From: Candidatus Krumholzibacteriia bacterium
GTDB taxonomy: Bacteria; Krumholzibacteriota; Krumholzibacteriia; LZORAL124-64-63
Assembly (NCBI GenBank): GCA_050174015.1
Contig: JBFXKG010000009.1
Coordinates: 1-64,000, forward strand
Reading direction: 5' to 3'
Length of the DNA: 64,000 nt
Below, piece after piece: positions 22,201-28,402 of the stretch. Every line of letters starts with the position of its first letter. Position 1 is the stretch's first letter. The notes beneath the pieces are model-generated. The model ran no database searches. It was not told the DNA's origin and saw only the letters and a program-made list of their open reading frames with translations. The position numbers and the translations under genes were made by a program.

Positions 22201-25200
22201 ACCGGGGCCACATCTTCACGGCGGACTACTGGGCCGACCACATCCGCCGGCCGGTGGATTTCGCCGGCAGCATCGCCGCCCTTGCCGGGCTGGAATGCCA
22301 GGCGATCCTCGAACTCGGGCCCCACCCGGTGCTGTCCACCATGGGCCAGCAATGCTGGCCGCAGGCGGCCGGCGGGGGAGCGGGTCCGGTCTGGGCGGCC
22401 TCCCTGCGCCGCGAGCATCCCGGGAACCGGGAGATCCGCCAGGCGGCGGCCCGGCTCTTCGCCCACGGCCTGCCCCTGGACTTCACCGCGCTGCTGGGGG
22501 ACCGCAGCGCTTCCGCCCGGGGCCTGGACCTGCCGACCTACCCCTTCCAGCGGCAGCGGTACTGGGTCGAGACGGCGCCGAAGGCTCCCGCCGGCGATTC
22601 CGCGGCCGGGCGCTTCCTCTACCGGATCCGGTGGGATGCCGCCGGCCCCCCGGAGATCGACCGGGGCCGCTTCCAGGGCAGGACCTGGGTGGTCCTGGGA
22701 GGCAAGACGGGCGTCACGGGCGCCCTGGCCGCCGCCCTGGAGAAGGCCGGCGCCCGGGTGGTCAGCCTGGCCTGGCCGGGACCATCGGGCCTCGACGAGA
22801 CACTGCTCGGGTCGGTGCTGGCGGCCGGGGCCGATCCCGACCACCCCCTGGGAGGGGTCGTCCACATGTGGGCGGTCGACGCCGGTTCACCGAGCGACCT
22901 CGGCGCGTTGCAGAAGGTCCAGGAACAGGGCGTCCTCAGCGCCTTGACCGTGGCCCAGAGCCTCATCGAGGTGGGGATCCAGGCGCCGTTGTGGGTGGTC
23001 ACCCGCGGCGCCCTGGGCGTCGGGACGGGGGACCGCATCCACCCCGAGCACGCGCCCTTGTGGGGGCTGGGCAAGTCCATCGCCCTTGACCATCCGGACA
23101 TCCGCGGGGGACTGGCGGACCTGCCGGCCACCGGCCCGCAGGCCGAGGATTCGGGGGCCCTGGCCTCCCTGCTGATCGAGACCCTCGGGGCGTCCGACGG
23201 CGAGGACCAGGTGGCCATCCGGGGCGGCCGTCGCTGGGTCGCGCGCCTGGTGCCCGTGGCGGAGGAGCCGTCCGGACGGATCGAACCCGATCCGCAGGGG
23301 ACCTACCTGATCACCGGCGGACTCGGCGCGGTCGGCCTGCGCGCCGCCCGCCGTCTGGCCGAGCGCGGGGCGGGGACCCTGGTCCTGACCGGGCGCAGCG
23401 AACCCGGTCCCGAGGCCGGAGCCCGGATCGCGAAGATCGAGGCCCTGGGCTGCACCGTGCGGACGATCGCCTGCGACGTGGCCGAACCCGCCCAGGTGAC
23501 GGCCCTGTTCGGGGAAATCGCCGAGGCCGGGCTGCCGCCGTTGCGCGGCATCATCCACGCCGCCGGGGTGAGCCGGCTGGGAGAGTTCATCGCCCTGCGG
23601 CCCGACGGGTTCTCCGCGGTCATGGCTCCCAAGGTCAAGGGCGCCTGGCTGCTCGATCGCGAGGTCAGGTCCCGCAACTTGAAGCTCGACCTGTTCGTGT
23701 GCCTGTCCTCGGTGGCGGCCGTCTGGGGCGCACCCAACCAGGCGGACTATTCGGCGGCCAACAGCTTCCTCGACGCCCTGATGGAGCGGAGGCGGCGCGA
23801 TGGTCTGGCCGGGGCCGCCGTCCAGTTCGGTCCCCTGGGCGGAGGCGGCATGGCCGCCGATCCGGCCGGCTCGGCCCAGCTCAAGCAGCTGGGATTCCGG
23901 GCCCTGCGGCCCCGGGTCGCCCTGGACGTCCTGGAGTCGGTCGCGACCGCCGGTTCAGGCCCCATGGCCTGCTTCGACGTGGACTGGGACGTGTTCAAGC
24001 CCCTGGTCGAAGCTCTGGGCCGCCTGCCTCTGCTGAAGGAAGTCGGACCCGCCTCCGCCGCCGGCGCCCCCGCGGTCGCAGGGGGAGGCATGGCCGGTCT
24101 GCTCGCCGCCGACGAGTCGGAGCGGGTCGACCTGCTGGCGGGCATCATCCGCAGCGAGGCGGCCCTGGTGCTCAAGATCGATCCGGACCTGATCGAGGAC
24201 GATCTGTCCTTCTTCGATCTCGGACTCGATTCCCTGATGACCCTGGATCTCATCAACCGTCTGGGACGGCGCCTCGACGATGCGCGCTTCTCCTCGGGCA
24301 TGGTCTACCAGCATTCCACGCCGCGGGCCCTGGCGCGGGCCCTGGCCGGCGAGCTCGGCTCCCGGCAACCCGGCGAGACTGCGGCCGAGACGCCCGTCGC
24401 CGCCCAGCCCCCGCACAGGACGGCAGGGGCGCCCGGACGCGGCACCCCCTACCGGTACCGCCGGTTCGCGCCGGAGGACAAGGGCGACCTAGTGGCCCTG
24501 TTCGGTACGGTTTTCGGGGCCGAGGTCGGCCGGAACATGCAGGCAGTCTTCGACTGGAAGTACCTGGAGAATCCCTTGACGCCGGATGCCGGCGTCCTGA
24601 TCGACGTCCTGGATCACGAGGGCCGCGCCGTCGGGATGAACGGGGCCATCTGGACCCGCTTCCGGGTCGGGGGCGAGGAGAGGCCGGGCATCTGGAGCTG
24701 CGACTCCCAGGTGCATCCGGAGCACCGCAAGGCATCCGTGGGGTTCTTCCAGCACGTCGAGGCGTCCACCTCCGTCCTGAAGCTGGGGACGCCCAACGAG
24801 GCCATGTTCAAGCTGGCGTCCTCGGCCGAAGGGGTCCTCGATCTCGGCCGGTTCGTGAACCTCAAGGCCTTCCTGAGGCTGGGCTCGCTGCTGAAGTCCG
24901 AGGGATACAATCCCCTGCTCGCCGGCGCGGGAGGGCTCGCCAACAAGCTGCTGGCCGGCGTCCAGGGCGCATTCGTCCAGCCCCGCACGGCCTCGGACGT
25001 CACGGTCGGGGAGATCGCGGAGTTCACTCCGGAGTTCGACGCGCTCTGGGAGCGTGCCGGCGCCGGGTACGGCGGCATCATGGTCCGGGACGCGACCTTC
25101 CTCGGCTGGCGTTTCGACCGCTGTCCCACGCGCACGTACACCCGGTACGAGGCGCGGCGCGGCGGCGGTCTGGTCGGCTACCTGGTGACCCGCGAGTTCG

Positions 25201-25520
25201 TCAAGAACGGCAGCCGTCGCGGCCTGATGGTGGATTACCTCATCGAACGCGACGACCTGGCGGCGCTGGACGCGCTGGTCCAGCAGGCCATGCGCGACTT
25301 CCGCGGCAGGGGGGTCGAACTGGTGACGTTCGCCATGGGGGAAAGGCAGCTGGACCACATCAGCCGCCTGCGCCGGCACGGCTTCTACTTCACCAAGACG
25401 GGCCGCCACGTGGTGGCGGGGAAGGCGGGGGGAGGCGGATCCGTGGCCGGGATCGCCGACTGGTTCTTCACCTGGGCCGATTCCGACGCCGACGTCGCGT
25501 CCCAGGAAGGGGGGACGTAA
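13257..25520 (+). CDS. type I modular PKS: FAAL-ACP-[KS-AT-KR-ACP]x2-GNAT-like terminal domain (4087 aa)
   Basis: FAAL (QYTSGSTKAPKG, PFFHDMGL, CYGMAETTL, PKTSSGKI); ACP Ser motifs GVDS 15186, GMDS 19716, GLDS 24222; two KS DTACSSS/HGTGT/GHLE; two AT GHSVG + HAFH (malonyl); two KR GGLGxxG..YxAAN; no DH/ER/TE motifs seen; terminal GNAT-like region 24450-25517. Confidence 0.93.
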   Translation: MSHGLNGPRPGLEDFRDYPQRWSNLIEALRYRMETQGDRVCHLYLADGKDEADSLTFASLYENARTIGAWIQQNGLAGKPILLMYPPGLDFIRAFYGCQFGGAIAVPAYPPRSKRADTRIDAIVQDAMAAAVFTNAAAQEATQAQMEASGLAVTVTDTLESDTGAWRDPGLDHDSVALLQYTSGSTKAPKGVMVTHGNLLHNVQSIAFHGDMSIRTTMGVWIPFFHDMGLVSGVAIPIITGGDCIVMAPAAFLQKPVRWLQAIGKYGVESSPAPNFAFDLCVEMVTPEECAELDLSNWRVAWNGAEPIRAATLYEFVEKFRSSGLQPGTLSPCYGMAETTLCVSSSGFLKPFRTVFASRKDLEQNRLVLTADLGEASVELASSGFISRDQEVRIVDPATLEACPPEVIGEVWVKGPSVARGYWKRPEETEETFGARIAGTGEGPFLRTGDLGFLHKDEIYVTGRLKDLIIISGRNVYPQDVEYVTTQSHPALQPNSCAALALEIDGHETLAVMAEINRMHRKDLDQDEVFQAIRSAISEEFDVAVQTIGLVSPYQVPKTSSGKIARQICKRMYLAGELGLMGEWKAETHLVEDGPAAGGLQSRLSEGSARERKRFLVKFLQETVAKILGLPEKPAPSLGFASMGVDSMMAVRLAKRLQAELGPDVNLPATLLFDRPNIAELADFLEGFVYREAASAATAGPAGVESVRSPIAVVGLSCRFPGARDAGEFWNLLDQGKDAIGQVPPDRWDIDDYYDPDPDSPGRMSSRFGGFIEDIDRFDAGFFGISPREAASLDPQQRLLLEQTWQALEDAGLAADSLRGSRTGVFVGLSTHDYFEMVRWMGESKIDAYQATGSAGSAAAGRLSFFFGFKGPALAIDTACSSSLVALHEACESLKRGESDLAVAGGVNAILTPGLHISFSKARMLSPDGRCKTFDDAADGYVRGEGCGMVVLKRLNDALRDRDRIHGIIRGSAVNQDGDSSGLTVPNGPRQQEVIASALKDAGVAPEAVGYLEAHGTGTTLGDPIEIQAAAAALASGRKPGAPLWIGSVKTNIGHLEAAAGVAGLIKALLSVKHGRIPRTLHFRTPNRYVPWSDLAVKVAAEPVEWDAGEGSRLAGVSSFGFSGTNAHVVVEQPPVAHGNGDAAGAAGSAGLLTFGARTGEDLPRVASAYRDTIAGLDPARLRDLVHTANTGGNRFDHRAAVAFGSTEELLDGLQALTEGKNHPRVVTGSPVSPDLQPEVAFVFTGQGSQYLGMGKALYDAHEAFRLTLDRVAKVFDGLRGETRPRPLLAVMFGDDPELLKQTGYTQPALYALEVALAALWESWGIKPDVVLGHSVGEVSAACVAGAFTPEEGMRLIAERARLMGGLPAGGAMASIQGTPEEVANAVAGFDGLDVAAFNGPETVASGPAPLVDALCEKLRAGGVRCTVLKTSHAFHSRLMDPILEPFAGFAATVATSPLLIPLVSNLTGEIVEKGGTIAPGYWADHIRHPVQFTRSIAALAERGVGAVLEVGPHPVLVTMGQQGWPPRKQDGSATESPVWVASLRRDQPADRQVLKAAGHLFTGGVHPDFFRMEGEALHHRRRTALPPYPFNRKRHWVEIPEDRRGSRDRLGGALYRTVWRPVDPAAAAAVPRRCLVLGGEGALQDGVLEALRAAGCAGEAAAYPLGMPDHPERDGALAAIKAWLAAAPADSPGLILHLGGVDLPGAESFEGLQDAGRAGVESALAVVQAMMGAGSPARLWIVTRGTQTVAQGDRILPAQAPLWGLGKVVGSEHPELWGGLIDLDPAGEAGADARRILAAVAAGDHEDLIAYRGDVRHVARLESLEPPASAGAFAVDPAGTYLITGGLGALGLQTARRLTERGARHLVLTGRSGPGEAAAAAVAKLEESGCSVRIIRADVGTEDGVSGLLDAVAADGAPPLVGVVHAAGVSDVRPLGDIDGSALRSVLAAKVHGAWLLDHLTRSRGIELSLFVCTSSIAAVWGGHGQGHYAAANAFLDSLVARRRADGLAATAIDFGPVAGEGMAASAEAGAWLESRGLRLVSPRLGLDALEILAAAGESAVVARVNWPVFRALAESRRPQPLLSLMPLDGPGEAGGPATPDAADASALAKRLAAAAAQDREEILIEAITAIAAEVLHQSAGDIGPETGFFDLGMDSLMAVEFRNRLEKALGCRLPATLVMDRPHIAAVGAHILGEVLKLEEAPVAAGSAPATLTDDEPVAVIGLSCRFPGAPDARAFWKLLDEGVDAIAEIPADRWDVDEYYDPDPDAPGSMYTRWGGFIEDIDQFDARFFGISPREAASMDPQHRLLAEQTWIALEDAGIVPQSLAGSRTGVFVGITSPDYASLIKAGPEGPDSYFVTGNAPNAAAGRISYLLGLEGPAMALDTACSSSLVAVHQAIGSLQRGEAELALAGGVNLIIDPAGMVATSRARMLAPDGRCKTFDARADGYARGEGCGMVVLKRLADARRDGDRVLAVIRGAAVNQDGRSSGLTVPNGPAQERVIRAALDRARIAPAEVDYLEAHGTGTSLGDPIEVQAAAAALGAGRPADHPLLLGSVKTNIGHLESASGIASLIKVVLALHHQTLPRHLHVLNPNPHVRWNELPVQILTEERPWLRGERPRIAGISSFGVSGTNAHLVVAEAPPAESPAAALPGATPSPGLLPLSARTEAALAAQAAAYRDLLDGETALDPADLGFAAATRRSHFEHRAGLVWADRDDLAGQLSALAAGEPADGLVTGKSLLMGRRPRIAFLFTGQGSQYPGMGRDLYEQEPVFRETLDRCAAVFDRIRDPGLALGLLEVMFGDDPEILRQTGYTQPALFALEVSLAALWRSWGVEPAVVMGHSVGEFSAACTAGAFGLEDGMALIAERSRLMQALPSGGQMASILADRERVERETAADSELFVAAYNGLETVLSGPEDAVQAAVARLSAEGFRCTVLKTSHAFHSDLMEPALEPFRAFAGAISYRPLGLRLISNVGGAVLDRGHIFTADYWADHIRRPVDFAGSIAALAGLECQAILELGPHPVLSTMGQQCWPQAAGGGAGPVWAASLRREHPGNREIRQAAARLFAHGLPLDFTALLGDRSASARGLDLPTYPFQRQRYWVETAPKAPAGDSAAGRFLYRIRWDAAGPPEIDRGRFQGRTWVVLGGKTGVTGALAAALEKAGARVVSLAWPGPSGLDETLLGSVLAAGADPDHPLGGVVHMWAVDAGSPSDLGALQKVQEQGVLSALTVAQSLIEVGIQAPLWVVTRGALGVGTGDRIHPEHAPLWGLGKSIALDHPDIRGGLADLPATGPQAEDSGALASLLIETLGASDGEDQVAIRGGRRWVARLVPVAEEPSGRIEPDPQGTYLITGGLGAVGLRAARRLAERGAGTLVLTGRSEPGPEAGARIAKIEALGCTVRTIACDVAEPAQVTALFGEIAEAGLPPLRGIIHAAGVSRLGEFIALRPDGFSAVMAPKVKGAWLLDREVRSRNLKLDLFVCLSSVAAVWGAPNQADYSAANSFLDALMERRRRDGLAGAAVQFGPLGGGGMAADPAGSAQLKQLGFRALRPRVALDVLESVATAGSGPMACFDVDWDVFKPLVEALGRLPLLKEVGPASAAGAPAVAGGGMAGLLAADESERVDLLAGIIRSEAALVLKIDPDLIEDDLSFFDLGLDSLMTLDLINRLGRRLDDARFSSGMVYQHSTPRALARALAGELGSRQPGETAAETPVAAQPPHRTAGAPGRGTPYRYRRFAPEDKGDLVALFGTVFGAEVGRNMQAVFDWKYLENPLTPDAGVLIDVLDHEGRAVGMNGAIWTRFRVGGEERPGIWSCDSQVHPEHRKASVGFFQHVEASTSVLKLGTPNEAMFKLASSAEGVLDLGRFVNLKAFLRLGSLLKSEGYNPLLAGAGGLANKLLAGVQGAFVQPRTASDVTVGEIAEFTPEFDALWERAGAGYGGIMVRDATFLGWRFDRCPTRTYTRYEARRGGGLVGYLVTREFVKNGSRRGLMVDYLIERDDLAALDALVQQAMRDFRGRGVELVTFAMGERQLDHISRLRRHGFYFTKTGRHVVAGKAGGGGSVAGIADWFFTWADSDADVASQEGGT

Positions 25521-25539
25521 CCCGGCCTCGCGGCCGGAA

Positions 25540-26445
25540 TCAGCGCCCGAGCAGCTTGCGGCCCGCCCGGCGCAGGTTCTTGGGCAGCACCGCCTCGTAG
25601 ACCTTCTGGGTGCGGAACAGCAGATGGTTGGCGCGCCGCAGGCGCGCCAGCTCGCCGGCGAAGTCATCGCCTTCGGCGGCGATGCGCTGATCGATCAGTT
25701 CCAGCGCCCGCCGGTACAGGGTCAGGTCCGGGGCCGCCTGCCGGGCGATCTCCTCGCGCAGCTGCGCCGACGGCGTGAACTTCCGGGCCCCCTTGACCGC
25801 CATGTTCTTGCGGATCGAGACGACGGGCTTGCGCCAGCCCAGCCTCCTCTTCATCAGCAGCAGACACTCGTCGAAACGGTCGAGCACGCCGGGGATGTCG
25901 AAGGCCTCGAGGTTGGCCAGGGCCCGGGCGAGGGCGTCGTCCGGCAGGGGGTCCAGCCGCTTGCCCTCGACGATGTCGGCCGAGAGGTAGCCGCTGATCT
26001 GGGCGGTCTGCAGGTTGAGGGAGTTGCCGGCCACCCGGTACTCGAGGTGGGCCTCCAGGGACGCCAGGGCTTCGGGAGGATAGGAGACCACGCGCGAGCC
26101 GCGGCCGGCCAGGTGCTTGTACTCGGACAGGAACCGGGCCACCGGGTCGCGCAGCAGGGTGATCAGGCAGTACGGGCCGGGCAGGGCGTCCTGGATGCCG
26201 AAGGCGACGTGGCCCCGCAGGCAGCGGACCTCGGCCTTCTCCCGGGGAGACATGGCCAGGAAGCGCTCCTGGCTGGCCAGGTGGTTGAAGCCGACGCCCA
26301 CGATCCCGTTCCGGGGGTACTGGCGGTTGATGATCCCGTTGATGGTCGAGCCGCCCGTCTTGGGGACGTGGATGAAGACGGCGGTGGGATGCTCGCCGGC
26401 GGCGGACCGGGTGGAGGGGTTGGCTGCTGATCGGGTTGCGGACAT
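25540..26445 (-). CDS. sulfotransferase (Sulfotransfer_2-like)
   Basis: PAPS-binding motifs FIHVPKTGGS and LRDPVARFLSEY. Confidence 0.88.
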   Translation of the reverse strand: MSATRSAANPSTRSAAGEHPTAVFIHVPKTGGSTINGIINRQYPRNGIVGVGFNHLASQERFLAMSPREKAEVRCLRGHVAFGIQDALPGPYCLITLLRDPVARFLSEYKHLAGRGSRVVSYPPEALASLEAHLEYRVAGNSLNLQTAQISGYLSADIVEGKRLDPLPDDALARALANLEAFDIPGVLDRFDECLLLMKRRLGWRKPVVSIRKNMAVKGARKFTPSAQLREEIARQAAPDLTLYRRALELIDQRIAAEGDDFAGELARLRRANHLLFRTQKVYEAVLPKNLRRAGRKLLGR

Positions 26446-26508
26446 GGCTGGCTGGTGCTCCTTGGCGAAGGTCGGGCGGGGCGTTCCCGCCGGGATCGTG
26501 GGTATGCG

Positions 26509-27414
26509 TTACCGAAGCTTGCGCAGGGCCCGCCGCAGCGGGCCGGGAACCCACCGCTGGTAGTTCCGCTGGAAGGTGATCAACCTGCCGTTTTTGCGCT
26601 TGAACCGGGCGAGTTCCTCGGCGAAATCCGGACCCTGGGCCGCCAGGTCGCGCTCCAGCCTCTGCTCGGCGTAGGCGTAGAGCTTCCGGTCCAGCTCGAC
26701 GTGGTCGAACAGCCGCCGCCTGTCCGCCTCGGAGATGTCCCCCGCCGGCTGGGGCGCCTTGTTCACGTTCTCGCGCAGGTAATGGATGCTTTTTTCCCAG
26801 CCCAGCTTCCGCTTCATCAGGACCAGCGACTCGTCGAAGCGCGGCAGCACCCCGGTGACCACGCAGTGGCGGTCCAGGTTGGCGATGGCCTGCTCGAGCG
26901 CGTCGGGGGGCAGGGCCGGCAGGGGAACCGTCAGTTCGCCCAGCGGCAAAAACCCGCCGGCCTGACGCACCTGCCAGTTCAGGGCGCCGGCGGCGATGCA
27001 ATGGTCGAGGTAGGCGCCGAACGAGGCGAGGGCCGCGTCGGGCACCGGCAGGTCGGGCCGCACGCGCGGGAATTCCTTGAGGAAACGGTATTCCGAGATA
27101 AACCGCTTCACGGGATCCCGCAGCATGGTCACGTAGACCGGCCGGGCCGGCACCCGGGTGTGGATGCCGAAGGGGAAGTGCCCCTTGATGCACCGGATCT
27201 TCTCCAGCTCCCGGTCGCCCAGGGCGAAGAAGCGGTCGAAGGTGTCCAGCCGGTCGAAGGTCACCTCGCAGTAGGCCTCCCGGGGGTACTGGCGGCTGAT
27301 GACGTGTCCCAGGGTTGTCCCGCCGGCCTTGGGGATGTGCAGGAAGACCAGGACGGCGGGGCGGTCGTCCTGCCCGGCGGGCTCCTGCGCTGCGCTGTGA
27401 TCGGTTCGGTCCAT
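26509..27414 (-). CDS. sulfotransferase (Sulfotransfer_2-like), paralog of 25540-26445
   Basis: FLHIPKAGGTT and LRDPVKRFISEY; same length (301 aa). Confidence 0.88.
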   Translation of the reverse strand: MDRTDHSAAQEPAGQDDRPAVLVFLHIPKAGGTTLGHVISRQYPREAYCEVTFDRLDTFDRFFALGDRELEKIRCIKGHFPFGIHTRVPARPVYVTMLRDPVKRFISEYRFLKEFPRVRPDLPVPDAALASFGAYLDHCIAAGALNWQVRQAGGFLPLGELTVPLPALPPDALEQAIANLDRHCVVTGVLPRFDESLVLMKRKLGWEKSIHYLRENVNKAPQPAGDISEADRRRLFDHVELDRKLYAYAEQRLERDLAAQGPDFAEELARFKRKNGRLITFQRNYQRWVPGPLRRALRKLR

Positions 27415-27447
27415 GTCCTCGCCTTCGCTGTGCGGGATGGGGGGCGG

Positions 27448-28389
27448 TCAGGCCAGCCAGTGGCCCAGATCGCGTCCGAGGATTTCCTGCAGCCGGAGGA
27501 TCTCGTCGCGGTAGCAGGCGACGAGGTCCCGCCGCGTGGCGGGTTCCATCCGGACCTTCTCCAGCGCCTTGCGCCCGATCAGGTTCTTGAGCCTGCGCCT
27601 GCTGTCCCGGGAGACGACGCCCTTGAAGGCCGACTTGACGGGGTTGTCCGAGAGCAGGAGGCGGATGAAGCCCGCATTCCTGGGGCGTCCCGAGACGTTG
27701 TAGACCTTGCTGGTGTCCGGCCTGAAGTCGGGGTCAACACCCAGGAACCCGAAGCACTCCCTGCAGACCGCCGCCGCGTCCCGGGTCAGGTCGTCGAACA
27801 GGATGATCTTGATGCTGCCGGCGCCGAAGGCGTCCTGGTAGGCGCGGATCTGGTCGCAGTAGCGGCCCACCCCGAGGTAATCGTAGAAGAGCTTGTCGTT
27901 GGACGCCTGCCGGGCGGCGATGGCCTCGGGCTTGATCGCCTCCTCGAACTCCAGGTCCTCCTTGAGGACCCTGGCGAAGGTCCAGTACATCGACCAGGCC
28001 CGGTCCACGGGGTTGCGCAGGGTGATGAAGAACCTGACGCGGGCCAGGGCCTCGGGCGGGTAGACGGCGCGCAGGTTCGCGATGGTCCTCTCGTGCGTGT
28101 AGAGATAGGACGGCGAGGCCTCGCCGGTGATCTGCCCGTCCCCACAGGACGCGAACAGGCCGCAATAACCCGCGAGGTCCGCCACCGCGCCGCCCAGGTT
28201 GGGCTGGACCGCGGCCGGGTCGCCGCTCAGATCCCGGCTGAAGAACCAGGGTTCCTTGATCTCGGGGATGAAGATGCCGGGATGCTCCCCGAAGTAGCGG
28301 AACAGGGAACTCGTGCCCCCCTTCGCCGCCCCGAGGATGAAGAAGTCAGGCAGCTTGGCCGGCCCGAGGCCTGGCAGGTCGACGATCAT
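27448..28389 (-). CDS. sulfotransferase (Sulfotransfer_1 / heparan-sulfotransferase-like)
   Basis: PDFFILGAAKGGTSSL, KEPWFF, GEASPSY, LRNPVDRAWS. Confidence 0.9.
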   Translation of the reverse strand: MIVDLPGLGPAKLPDFFILGAAKGGTSSLFRYFGEHPGIFIPEIKEPWFFSRDLSGDPAAVQPNLGGAVADLAGYCGLFASCGDGQITGEASPSYLYTHERTIANLRAVYPPEALARVRFFITLRNPVDRAWSMYWTFARVLKEDLEFEEAIKPEAIAARQASNDKLFYDYLGVGRYCDQIRAYQDAFGAGSIKIILFDDLTRDAAAVCRECFGFLGVDPDFRPDTSKVYNVSGRPRNAGFIRLLLSDNPVKSAFKGVVSRDSRRRLKNLIGRKALEKVRMEPATRRDLVACYRDEILRLQEILGRDLGHWLA

Positions 28390-28402
28390 GCTGGCGCCAT
28401 CC

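Noticed and set aside
13257..27414. Ols/CurM-type terminal olefin synthase
   Set aside because: There is no cis sulfotransferase-thioesterase didomain; two extension modules and a GNAT-like end are present instead.
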